From NCBI RefSeq assembly GCF_001194135.2, contig NC_068993.1, forward strand, positions 42,170,271 to 42,219,886: a DNA stretch of 49,616 nt, given 5' to 3'. Of the stretch, positions 13,115 to 25,035 are shown piece by piece (positions within the stretch are counted from its first letter, which is position 1; every line of letters begins with the position of its first letter). The notes under the pieces were generated by a model. The model was not told the origin of the DNA. It saw nothing but the letters and a program-made list of their open reading frames with translations, and did no database searches. Source of the stretch: Octopus bimaculoides (taxonomy: Eukaryota). The translations under genes were made by a program, and so were the position numbers.

Positions 13115-13580
13115 TATTCTTACTCGTTTCAGTCGTTGAACTGCGGTCACGCTGGAGTAGCGTGGAACAGATCGACTCGAGTGCATATTTTTTAAAGCTT
13201 AGTTGTCATATTTTCGGCCTCTTTTGCCGAACGGCTAAGTTACGGGGACGTAAACGGATCAACACCGGTTGTCAAGCGTTGCAGAAGGAACAAAGACACA
13301 AAGATACACGCGAGCGGGCGCTCACATACACACGGATACACATATGCACATGCACAGACACACATACACACGCACACACACATATATATATATATTTATC
13401 TATTTATATCTGACGGGCTTCCACTGAGTTTTTATCAACCATGTTCACAAAATTAGTCACAAGGTGTTGAAGAGCAGTCAGTGGTTATAGTAGAAGACAA
13501 GGGCCGAAGGTGCCCGCTCAATGGGAATGAACCTGAAACAACATGATTGCAAATAGAGCATCTTAACCGCACGGATACTT
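13115..13580 (-). mobile_element. SINE family B, diverged, with internal (CA)/(TA) tract
   Basis: Same blocks and order as 11463-11805. Confidence 0.8.
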
Positions 13581-14179
13581 TTCATCGATGCGCTGTACCT
13601 GACCGATTGATCAATATTCAGAGACAGGTAATATTGCTATGTACGTGTATCTTATAAATTCAATGGAATAACATTTGATATTATAATTCAAATTACACTG
13701 TTTGATTTCATATGTATGAATTGTGTCTGTTGTTTGTCATCGTGTGTAAATATAAACTAAATCTTTAGAGAAAATACTTGTGATATCACTTTTCGGTTTG
13801 TTTTTCTGTTATTAACAGCTTCACCTCTAGTACTAACCCGACTACGATTCATAATCTTGTCTTCGAAATTCCTCGAAGCTATTTCATAATTTAAAAAATA
13901 AAAATAAAGAACAGAACTACTCTTCGAAATTGAAACCAACTTTTATACGTCATTAAAATTCGAAGTGTCATAATTCTCCTACTTCATTTTCCTGAAACCT
14001 CTCAGCTGGTAGCATTCGTTGCATAGAATTATCATTAATGTTGTATTGAATTACCATATAGAGGATGGTTTGCATGCCGAAGCTAACCGGGATCAGCTAA
14101 ATCAGAATTTTAAAATCGATATCACAATTCTATGACTGTCGTGGTTTGTGTATGTATTTTTTTTATTACTTTTATTGTA

Positions 14180-14620
14180 AGGTGGCGATCTGGCAGAACC
14201 GTTACAGTAATCGGGATGAAAAAAAAAAAAGCTGCTCCGTAGCATTTCAAGTCGTTACAATCTGAATTCAAATTCCACCGGAATCAACTCTGGCTTTCAT
14301 CCCTACACTGTCGATAAAATGTAGCATCAGTCAAGTGCTAGAGTCGATAGTATTGACTAACGCAGCCTCCCCACCTTAACCCCCCAACCGCCGCCGCTAA
14401 AATTGCTGACTTTGCAAAAAATCTGAAAGAAAGCTGAGAGAATCATTAGACAACCGCACAAAATACTCAGAGGTGATTCTTCTGAGTTCAAACTGTGGCG
14501 GGGTCAATGGTGCTTTTCATCCTTTCGATAATATACGTACCTGTTGGGCATGATTCTCGATGTAATCAACTGATCAGTTGTCGCTAAAAAATTGCTCGCT
14601 TTGTACCACAGTGTGAAGCA
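14180..14620 (+). mobile_element. Two SINE family A copies (second partial)
   Basis: AAGGTGGCGATCTGGCAGAACCGTTA head and two CTGA.TTCAAA B-boxes. Confidence 0.7.
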
Positions 14621-15271
14621 AATATTTTTTATTTTAATGATGTTTGGTTGGACTATGCCTATGCTGTAGTAACTTATTCTATTTTTTTTTTACACAATCA
14701 AATAGCCCCTGTAATTATTTTAGATTAGTACCCAACTTATCGATCTCTCCTTGTTGCATCACTCTATAACGCCTACACATAAAGTGAAGTAACGCATGAC
14801 ACCAGCTTTTAGAAGCAGACACACACACACACAGAAACAGGCAGACATTCTAACATATACATATACATATATATATATATATATACATATATANNNNNNN
14901 NNNNNNNNNNNNNNNNNNNNNNNNNNNNNNNNNNNNNNNNNNNNNNNNNNNNNNNNNNNNNNNNNNNNNNNNNNNNNNNNNNNNNNNNNNNNNNNNNNNN
15001 NNNNNNNNNNNNNNNNNNNNNNNNNNNNNNNNNNNNNNNNNNNNNNNNNNNNNNNNNNNNNNNNNNNNNNNNNNNNNNNNNNNNNNNNNNNNNNNNNNNN
15101 NNNNNNNNNNNNNNNNNNNNNNNNNNNNNNNNNNNNNNNNNNNNNNNNNNNNNNNNNNNNNNNNNNNNNNNNNNNNNNNNNNNNNNNNNNNNNNNNNNNN
15201 NNNNNNNNNNNNNNNNNNNNNNNNNNNNNNNNNNNNNNNNNNNNNNNNNNNNNNNNNNNNNNNNNNNNNNN

Positions 15272-15343
15272 CGGATGTCAAGCGATGTTGCGGGGACAAA
15301 CACAGACACACAAACATATACACACACATACATATATATATAT

Positions 15344-15384
<41 letters not shown>

Positions 15385-15550
15385 ACGACGGACTTCTTTC
15401 AGCTGCCGTCTACCAAATCCACCCGCATGGCTTTGGTCGGCCTGTGGCTATAATACAAGACACTTGTCCAGGGTGCCACGCGCAGTGGGACTGAATCCGG
15501 AACTATGTGGTTGGGTAGCAAGCTTCTTACCGCACAGCTACGACTCCGCC
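15272..15550 (-). mobile_element. SINE family B, 5' half, abutting the DD37D relic and an N gap
   Basis: GACGGACTTCTTTCAG...GTGCCACGCGCAGTGGGACTGAA...AGCAAGCTTCTTACCGCACAGC. Confidence 0.88.
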
Positions 15551-16394
15551 TATGGTAAGGCAAAAAACTGAATCCTGCAGCCACATACTGGCCTTCAGGG
15601 AGCAACCGTTTTCAACCGAGTTTTAACCAGCATCCAGTAGCTTCACATAGCTGTGTGAATTGACCCTAAGTTTTTGTTTAAAGATGTGGGGCAGCATGAT
15701 GTCACCTTCACTGAAGACTCTCACTCGAAGACAACCAAAGTTTCAAGGAACTTGGTTTTCATGATATGTGAGACATCACATGGATTGTATGCAGACTATC
15801 TGTTGCTCTCAGTGCTATAAAATTAGTCCTGGTAGAAGTTGTTTTCATGAGAAGGAACAAATCATGCATGGCTCAACAAGATGACTCAGCTTGTTTAGGA
15901 GCTTCTCCTTGTCCATAGCCATCAGAATTTTCCTTTGCACCTTTGTACGAGTGGTAGCGATGATCCACATTCAAGAGCAACTCCATTGTGTCAAAGCCCG
16001 GATTCCCTTGCTCAAATCGTCCATCACCTTGTTCTGCAGTTATTGTAAGAACTCCGATGTGCAGAGGCAATCAGAACACCTGTTGAGATTTCTTGACTGA
16101 CGACGGCATCTTAGTCTCCATTGCAGCTGTCCATGTCACAGACTCCACAAGGTTCAAGGAGGACTGAGCGGCAGTAATTATGTCGTCATTTTTATACCCG
16201 GTGCGAATCATCATGATAGAGGTAATTGTTTTTTCAATGATCAAGATGGCCGTCAGTCCTCCAAGTCAGCTAACGTTTCCGCAAGTACAACTTTAATCTC
16301 TCGAACGCTGTTGAATCTTCACCAATTCGTCAAACTGTTTCTAAATAACTGTCATGTCACGACATAAATCGCCAAATCTAACTGGGACATCTTG
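15551..16394 (-). mobile_element. Decayed Tc1/mariner-superfamily element, DD37D/maT-like transposase, 3'-truncated
   Basis: Frameshifted minus-strand translation KLLNKLSHLVEPCMI..., NFYQD*FYSTESNR*SAYNPCDVSHIMKTKF, SEGDIMLPHIFKQKLRVNSHSYVKLLD, ..RPYVWLQDS resembles DD37D transposases; terminus CAAGATGTCCCAG next to TA (16395-96). Confidence 0.8.
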
Positions 16395-16424
16395 TAGATA
16401 TTAATATTATATTGCTTTCAAATT

Positions 16425-16605
16425 TTGGCTCAAAGCCAGCAATTTTGAGGGAGTGAGTACTCAAGTGATACACATTTTATTGATCCAGAAAGGAATGAAA
16501 GGGACAGATGACCTGGGCAGTATTTCAACTCAGCACATAAATACTGACGAAATGCCTTTAAACATTTTGCCCAGCGTGTAAATGATTCTGCCTGCTAGCT
16601 GCTTT
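16425..16605 (-). mobile_element. SINE family A, diverged
   Basis: Family body, reverse orientation. Confidence 0.7.
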
Positions 16606-16912
16606 AACCTTAGATATTAATATTAATATTAACATTATATTATAGTATATCATATTATATTATATCATGTTTATTAATGATGAGTCAGCAGATGTCTCGT
16701 AATTAGCTCTACTAGCGTACTGCTGTTAACTAATGAGGTTAATTACGTGACTCATGTTCCCTTGTCATTCATTAATTAATGTTATACTCTGTACTTCTGT
16801 TCTCACCTAACGCTTTAGTCTGTACATGATATTCAGTCTTAATAAGTGGTTATTAGTGTCTCTGTGCCTAAGTGAAATCATAATTTATGTGTATGTGTGA
16901 GTGTTTATGCGG

Positions 16913-16962
<50 letters not shown>

Positions 16963-17393
16963 GTGTGTTTGCATGTAGATATATTTGTATGTAGAGATGT
17001 AATAAAAATGTGTCATCACCGTTTGGGTATTTCGAATTTAAAATTCGATTCCACTGCATTAAGTATGATAATGCTAACTTAACTTTTGTTCATCATGTAG
17101 AAGGCGTCTCTAAGTTACCAACATCGGTAATTTAGCTTGCTTTTTTTTTTCATGTGGATTTGATGACACTTTTGTATTAAGTTATGTACCTCAACTTGTA
17201 ATTCATCAAGTACGGTGAAATTAGTCTGAGTACAACTAATATGATCGAAATATGTTCTGAGTAACATCCCGTAGTTATCTGAATATTGATATTATAAGTC
17301 ATTAAAGTACATCTCTATTTTCCCTCGTCGCATTAAGTATTTCTAATTTGATTATTGATTGTTCTAGTCACTTAATATAGTTATCCGCATATA

Positions 17394-17435
<42 letters not shown>

Positions 17436-18499
17436 CTCTGTGCGCATGAGTGTGTGTTTGTGTAAGAGTGTGTGCGTGTGTGTGAGTGAGTGTGTGTGTG
17501 TGTGTACCGTCTCTTCAAACACCAACTCTCAACCCATTGCTACGATTCATTCCGTCTCAACCTTGCGTACACAGGGGACGTTCACATTCAACATCAAAAC
17601 GTCTCATCAGACATACATTTAATCTATTAAAATACACTTGAGCAATGCACATTAGTTAACGACATTGTTAAACTTAACTCTTTCAGTGCATCCAATATAC
17701 AGTCACTACTCATATCTAAGAATGTATCTTGTACATCACAATTTCCATTTTTCGTTAGCAGTTAATTCTATACACATCTATTTTATTGCTTGGATTACAA
17801 CCCCAACACTTACCTTTCACTTCATGGCTGTAAAATACGTCAGCTCCAAGAAATTGCTGACATTCTAAATTTGTGACCCGCAGGTTTAGGACGCTGCTAC
17901 TGAAATATATATCAGTGATATCCAAGACCATATCCAAAAAACGTTCACACGACTGGTTGTCATAACATCTCTTATATACACGCCTTAATCAATGGCCCTA
18001 AGCATTCTCGCGCCTCGTCTCTTTCCGCTTTGGCTGGCCTCTGCTTAAAATTTCTCAACTCACTTCTTTCCCTTACTCCTCTTGCCACTCTTTATGCCCA
18101 ACGTATCCTGCCCTCTCTAGTACCTATATTTAGCTCTTCTGCCTTAAGACATATTGATCTGAATCTGTCTTACTTTCAACATTTTAAACATAACTTTAGC
18201 AGAATCAATCTAAATACTCTGGAAGGCCATGGACCCTGCCCCTTCCTCGTGATCCAGACTAAAAACATGGTACTTTTAGTACTATACTGTATAATTCGCG
18301 CTACCGACAAATGTTCAAACTGAACAGCTGCACCATTGTCTTTAATATAGGATGACGTAAATGTGAATGAGAACTTTTTTTTCTTGAGTCTAAGATTCAT
18401 AAGACCGTTTACCCGGTTTCCATAGCATGTAAGCGACCGAGATCACAATATTCTCTTAAACGGGATGTTGCGAGACAGCAATATTAAGAGGTACGTGAA

Positions 18500-18675
18500 A
18501 GTCAACCACATTAACCACAGTGCTTGACTGGCACTTAATTTTATCCATCACGAAAAGGATGAAAGGCAAACGTTGGCTTTGGTGGAATTTGAACTCAGAA
18601 TGTAAAGAGCCGGAAGAAATACTGGTAAACATTTTGTTCGACGTGGTAAAGATTCACCACCGGCTCACCACCTCA
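18500..18675 (-). mobile_element. SINE family A
   Basis: GGATGAAAGGCAAA...GGAATTTGAACTCAGAATG. Confidence 0.8.
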
Positions 18676-19521
18676 CACTAACTATATACATACATATATT
18701 CATATGGATGTGTGTGTACGTGTGTGTGTGTTTTTTTATTGCTTGTACAGACGGGAGAAAATTATTTAAACATTGAATAGGATGTATACATTTATCTGAA
18801 GCTAATAATTCCCTCAATTGTTACTCTGAGTTCTCCACATTTAAACATTCATACAGACGTCTGAGCGAATGAACGAACAAACAAACGAACGAATGCATAA
18901 AAAACGCTAATCTAGGAATAGCAACAATTGTGAATCATCAATTTGAAATAAATATATATTTGTCCATCAACGGTTTCTATGGAGTTACATTGCATAAATT
19001 GTAACGTTGTTATTTTGTATATGTCATTAGGACTCCGTGAAATCGATTCCCTGAATGACAGACGTAAAGTAATGAAATGTTAAGCTAACAGAAAAGAATT
19101 TGTATTCATCAATATCAAATATAGTTCGGAAGCTTTTCGCAATATATGTTCCAATTTATTTAGTTATAATTACACCAAGTGTTTGAATGGATAGCATCAA
19201 CTAATTCCTGTTATTTGTTTTTCTTTGAGATATAATGTTTTATAATAGTAAATCTGAATGTGGTAACATAATGTTCTATAACAGTCAACAAACTTTGGTA
19301 GCTTAAATATCAAGCACCAAGAAGAAAGTAACTAACTTATTTAATAAATAAGTGAAAAATATATTCCAAGTTTGCCGCAGACAAAATATGTTGGGAAAAA
19401 TTTCGTTTGTGGAGAAAGTTTTTTTTTACTTTCATAATATGAATAATTAACTGAAGTTTCACGAAGGTTGTGAGGAGCTTCAGCATGACCGCATTCGCAT
19501 GGTTGAAACGTATAACAGAAT

Positions 19522-19670
19522 GGGGGATCACTCAGCTCGTCCGTCGATGAAAAGCGCGGCTATCCGCGTGAACTGATGCGAATTTCAGGATTCAGTGAAC
19601 ATCGACACCTCGAACGCACATTGCGGCCACGGGATCCCATCGTCCCAGGGCCACATCCGGTCGAGAGTTA
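19522..19670 (+). rRNA. 5.8S: Solitary 5.8S rRNA-derived copy lacking about the first 10 nt; probable retro-pseudogene
   Basis: GGATCACTCAGCTCGTCCGTCGATGAA...GAACATCGACACCTCGAACGCACATTGCGGCC matches conserved eukaryotic 5.8S blocks in order; no 18S or 28S nearby. Confidence 0.92.
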
Positions 19671-19675
19671 CTTCT

Positions 19676-19912
19676 AAGGCGGTGAGCTGCCAGAAACGCT
19701 AGCACGCCGGGCGAAACGCTTAGCTGTATTTCGTCTGCAGTTACGTTCTGAGTTCAAATTCCGCCGAGGTCGACTTACCTTTCATCCTTTCGGGGTCGAT
19801 TAAATAAGTACCAGTTACGCACTGGGGTCGATGTAATCGACTTAATCCGTTTGTCTGTCCTTGTTTGTCCCCTCTGTGTGTAGCCCCTTGTGTGTAGTAA
19901 AGAAATAAGATA
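19676..19912 (+). mobile_element. Full-length, well-preserved SINE family A fused 3' of the 5.8S copy
   Basis: AAGGCGGTGAGCTGCCAGAAACG head, B-box GAGTTCAAATTCC, complete body and AAAGAAATAAGA tail. Confidence 0.93.
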
Positions 19913-21032
19913 TGAAACGTATAATAGAATAAGAGAATAAGGTTATTGTAATTGAAAGAAAGACATTCTACTCTGTTCAGAGAAGTTTAGAAGTTTGGGA
20001 GTAACGCTGGTACTGAAATCTGTGACTGACAAATACGATATGTTGCATGAAATGATGTTATTTCATAAGCAAATAACGCACCAGATAATATTTGATATGC
20101 AATGATATCTTGATATACAAATGTCATCTGACAATCAAATAACTTACTACAAACAACATTGTAACTCTTATTAAATAATCCCATTGGTGGCAAATTCATT
20201 ACCAGTCGAACAACTTTCTCTTTCCTCGAAACCACAACTGCCAAGGTCCGTACACCACTTGAAAACAAATGGTAAAAGGGAGGGTAGAATGGCTTTAATG
20301 ATACTAAAACTTTATGTATAAAAGTTGACAATAAAGTATAATTACTAAAAGATTCAAGTGAAATATGATGAAATATATAAGGACTGATAATTTGTCATCA
20401 CGCGCGATTTTTAGGACATTGCAAACTGTTAAACTAGTACCTTTTATCCTGCTCAGAGTAAAAGAAAGCTTTTTATCAGTTATGGTAAATGAGATAACAA
20501 TAAAAGAAGAAATAAAGCGAAATAATTTGAGGTGGTGATTAAAGAACCAATAAAAATATCAAAGTTAATAAAACTGCCAGTATGAGTCAAGGCATTTAGC
20601 AATTATAAATTTATAGAGATAAAAATCATTTCATACAAGTAAAAAATGTGAGTAGATATTTCCCACAATGCAAGTGATGACTTATAAAGTAACAACGTTT
20701 ACTTTAATGAAACACTGTTGAATGTGTATTTCAGAAGAATGTTGCCTTCTGCTCTGATCCATACCACATTAACGAAATCACCACGACTACGCAAGTGACC
20801 TAAATACATTAACTTCAGTTAAATACAAGCATATAATCAACAGCTCACTAGACATTCTTCGCATGAAAGATCTTGGTCATGGGTCCGTAATCAGCATGTG
20901 AATATTACCCAACAATTTACAGCAGAGTATTATTCCTTACATGGTGAGTACAAAATTGAAACCAGACGACTGAGCGTGTGGCATTAACCTTTGCACTACT
21001 GCAGAATGTCCTCATGTATGTATGTGTGTGCG

Positions 21033-21072
<40 letters not shown>

Positions 21073-21188
21073 TGTCTGTCTGTCTGTGTGTCTGTGTGTG
21101 TGTGTNNNNNNNNNNNNNNNNNNNNNNNNNNNNNNNNNNNNNNNNNNNNNNNNNNNNNNNNNNNNNNNNNNNNNNNNNNNNNNNNNNN

Positions 21189-21234
<46 letters not shown>

Positions 21235-22071
21235 TATGTTTGAGTGTGTGTGTGTTTGTGTGTGCCTGTGTACGTGTGTGTTTGTGTGTGTAGTATGTCT
21301 CGGACAAAATTATAGAAATATAGAAATTGAATTATTGCTGAGTAAGAAAAATTTCGATTAATTATTTTCCCCATTTCCATTAATGGGGACCACCCCATCA
21401 AACTGTATCTTACTTTGTCACATAAACAATTATAATTCACTATAATTCTCATTAAAAATATTCATTAGCCATATCAGCTTTTTGTTCNNNNNNNNNNNNN
21501 NNNNNNNNNNNNNNNNNNNNNNNNNNNNNNNNNNNNNNNNNNNNNNNNNNNNNNNNNNNNNNNNNNNNNNNNNNNNNNNNNNNNNNNNNNNNNNNNNNNN
21601 NNNNNNNNNNNNNNNNNNNNNNNNNNNNNNNNNNNNNNNNNNNNNNNNNNNNNNNNNNNNNNNNNNNNNNNNNNNNNNNNNNNNNNNNNNNNNNNNNNNN
21701 NNNNNNNNNNNNNNNNNNNNNNNNNNNNNNNNNNNNNNNNNNNNNNNNNNNNNNNNNNNNNNNNNNNNNNNNNNNNNNNNNNNNNNNNNNNNNNNNNNNN
21801 NNNNNNNNNNNNNNNNNNNNNNNNNNNNNNNNNNNNNNNNNNNNNNNNNNNNNNNNNNNNNNNNNNNNNNNNNNNNNNNNNNNNNNNNNNNNNNNNNNNN
21901 NNNNNNNNNNNNNNNNNNNNNNNNNNNNNNNNNNNNNNNNNNNNNNNNNNNNNNNNNNNNNNNNNNNNNNNNNNNNNNNNNNNNNNNNNNNNNNNNNNNN
22001 NNNNNNNNNNNNNNNNNNNNNNNNNNNNNNNNNNNNNNNNNNNNNNNNNNNNNNNNNNNNNNNNNNNNNNN

Positions 22072-22114
<43 letters not shown>

Positions 22115-22318
22115 GAATAAGAAATAGAAAGTCCTTGATAAAGTATTATATATTTGCCAAAAATTGTATAGAAAATGGCTTTTCTCATAATTTTTCCACT
22201 TTAGTAATTAGATATTTACAAGATATAACATGTTAGGTATCTGAACATGTAATTATTAAAGTGGAAAAATTATCAGAAACCCATTTCTATTCAGTTTTTA
22301 AAACACACACGCGTGCAC

Positions 22319-22375
22319 ACATGCACCGCACACGCAGACATGCACCGCACACGCACACATGCACCGCACACGCAC
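22319..22375 (+). repeat. 19-bp tandem repeat x3 (ACATGCACCGCACACGCAS)
   Basis: Three near-identical units, derived from (CA)n-like sequence. Confidence 0.9.
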
Positions 22376-22384
22376 ACATACACA

Positions 22385-22485
22385 GGATAAAGACCCCTTT
22401 GGGTCATTAATGACCATGGGTTTGTACTCAGAAGGTTCCCCACCGTGGCACATGTCCAGGCAAGGTTGTTTATGGAAGACCAGTA
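22385..22485 (-). mobile_element. 3' end fragment of a retroposon (SINE/LINE tail)
   Basis: GACCCCTTTGGGTCATTAATGACCATGGG...GGCAAGGTTGTTTATGGAAGACCAG resembles an abundant octopus repeat terminus (recollection, not searched). Confidence 0.45.
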
Positions 22486-22857
22486 AAAGCTTTCTTTTAC
22501 TCTGAGCTGGAGATAAGCTACGAATTTCATTGCTTTCAACGTCATCAAAAAGGCGCGTTTTAACCTCAATATTACTTGGTTCTCTCTTTCTAAGTCTACC
22601 TAATATGCATGCTGATCTACATCGCTTTGTAGGAAGTCCAAGTATCTTCTAGCTTATAAGAAGATTCTGGGTCATGTAATATCATTAAAAAGTAGAGCAA
22701 TGCATGCAACGCAAAGCATATTCCTCTTTGTGATAAGACCTGGCATTTTAGCTATTCAAGTCTCTAAGTATGTTTTGGGAAAGCATGCTTAGATACTTGA
22801 ATTCATTCTTTTTTTTATTTTTAATCAGAACTTACTTTATACAGGAAAATACAATAC

Positions 22858-22893
<36 letters not shown>

Positions 22894-24479
22894 GTGTAAA
22901 TGTTTGTGTGTGTGCGCGTCTGTGTTTTAGCTTTAAGTTCTTATTCTGAAAGAGTCATTTCCGATGCCTTATAAGTTTCAATTCTGTAGTGATCCGACCG
23001 TACCCATGATCGTTTCTCACTTCTGTGGCTTTGCTATCTGCATTTTTCGGGGATGTGAGTTTTTCATAGTAGACTCTTCAACTCACTTGCCGTTTTCCCG
23101 GTAAGTAATCTTTGCTAGACCTTCCGGGAAAGGAAATGAGATGTTTTACATTGCATAGTTGACTTGTATACTTTTGTATTCTGTGATGTAATCATAGTCA
23201 AATTTGTATCTGTATAGAACATATATTTTTTTTTAATTTTGTTAAGACCAACTCAATTTGTTTACCTTTCCTTTTGTATTAAACCCATTTTAAATTGAAA
23301 CTTCTGATAGCTTACATGTATAACATTCGAACTAGAATAACTATTGATTTATTTTTTTGATATATTATATTAAAACCATTTTCTCCAACTCTTTTCGGAC
23401 AATTTCCTGGCAGAGATACTAAGTCATCGGAACTTCTGAAGTTCAATATAATATTTTTTCCCCAAATGTGAATAATCGAGAGAGTTCGTCGGCTATTAAC
23501 TCAAACAATGGATTTTGACAAATAAAGATATATTCAATCAACATCAAAATGATTTACAATAAAACATTATAAACGACGTATAAAAAATATTCCCTCATTA
23601 CTCATAGCGGTAATAATACATTTGAGAACAGTGTCAGTAAATATATTTCAATGATTGATAGACATTATCTCTTGATAATAGACGAGAGGGTCTTTGAGAG
23701 AATCGAAATTGATAAATGAAAATATCATACGCTGGTCAGAATAAACAAACAAAACAATAATTATAATTGAAAATGAAAATAGATAAATGTCAAAGGGTTA
23801 CTAAAGATTCAACTGGAGGAAAAAAAACAAAACAATCTTTCTTATATAAAACACAAAAAGGAGAGAACTATAAATTCAAACTGCTATATGTGTTGCTTTC
23901 TTTTTTGTTTCCTGATTACTCTGTAATACAATGAACTACAGTGGGTCTTTGCTTAAATTCCAGTGTAACAGCTTCGTGAGTTTACATACAATCCATCATA
24001 TGTTTTATAGACATCGAGGAGCCACCAACTGCAAGTTCTTACATGTAATTTAGGGTAGAAAAAAATAGATTCTTCCCTCCGTATGAAGTCTACTTATAGA
24101 TAGGTGTATTTCTCACTGCAGTATAGTCCTGTGCAAGTGACGCACAACATACATAATTCTTTAGAATAGTCAAATGCCATTTTAGTTGTTGATATATTTT
24201 ACTCATGAGACAGCTATAAAGACGTCGTTCTTCGATCAGCTGACTATGTTGTTTCTTGAAGACGATGTCTCAAGTCCATTCCACATAACACTGCTGTTGT
24301 TTAAGTAGATAGAAATTATGAATCAAAAATGATATTCAGGAGATAGAAGTTAAAGCAAGTAAAGAATACATACGTTATTGAATAGTCGGCTAGAGTTATG
24401 GCTTGAGATAATATAAAGTTTATAGAATATTTTTGGCCTACAACTATACTTATTAAATATGGCAGAAATATTATGGAAA

Positions 24480-25035
24480 TTTTGTTGGTATTTGGTGGTA
24501 TCTATGTCGGAAATAAATATTTACTATCACACGAACAATGATATTTTTCACAGATTGTCAACATTTGATGGCATGTATATCGGAACTAAACATTTAATAT
24601 CTAAATGCAAAACTATTTAGAATTTTTAACATTTGGTGGTATCTATGTCAGAAATATACATTTTAATATCTGTCTAACTACATTGTTGTTGAGAGTTGTT
24701 AACATTTGGTTGTTGCTATGTCGGAAATAAACATTTAATGTATGCATAACTACTAAGATATTCAGTGATTGTCAACGTTTGATGATATCTATGTGTGAAA
24801 AGCACATTTTCTTGTTAACATTTGATAGTATTCCTGTCGGGAACAAACAACTAATATATGTCGAACTGCAATGTTATAGAGAGAGAGACAGTCAGTAATT
24901 CGTGTTATCTTTCGTGGAAATAAATATTTCATTTATGCTTAACTACAATGTTATTCACAGACTGTCGACAATTGCTGGTATCTATATCGGGTATAAACAT
25001 TTAATATATTTCCAAACTACAATGTTTTTATGACA
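24480..25035 (+). repeat. Degenerate minisatellite, ~72-73 bp unit, ~8 copies
   Basis: Motif AACATTTGGTGGTATCTATGTCGGAAATAAACATTTAAT recurs near 24490, 24563, 24631, 24704, 24777, 24820, 24898, 24970. Confidence 0.85.

Noticed and set aside
23094-23131. Inverted repeat TTTCCCGG...CCGGGAAA near two donor-like sites
   Set aside because: Only 8 bp of perfect stem; no supporting context.
24480-25035. CRISPR-like appearance of the repeat array
   Set aside because: Spacers are homologous to each other, repeats are degenerate, context is eukaryotic and no cas genes are present.
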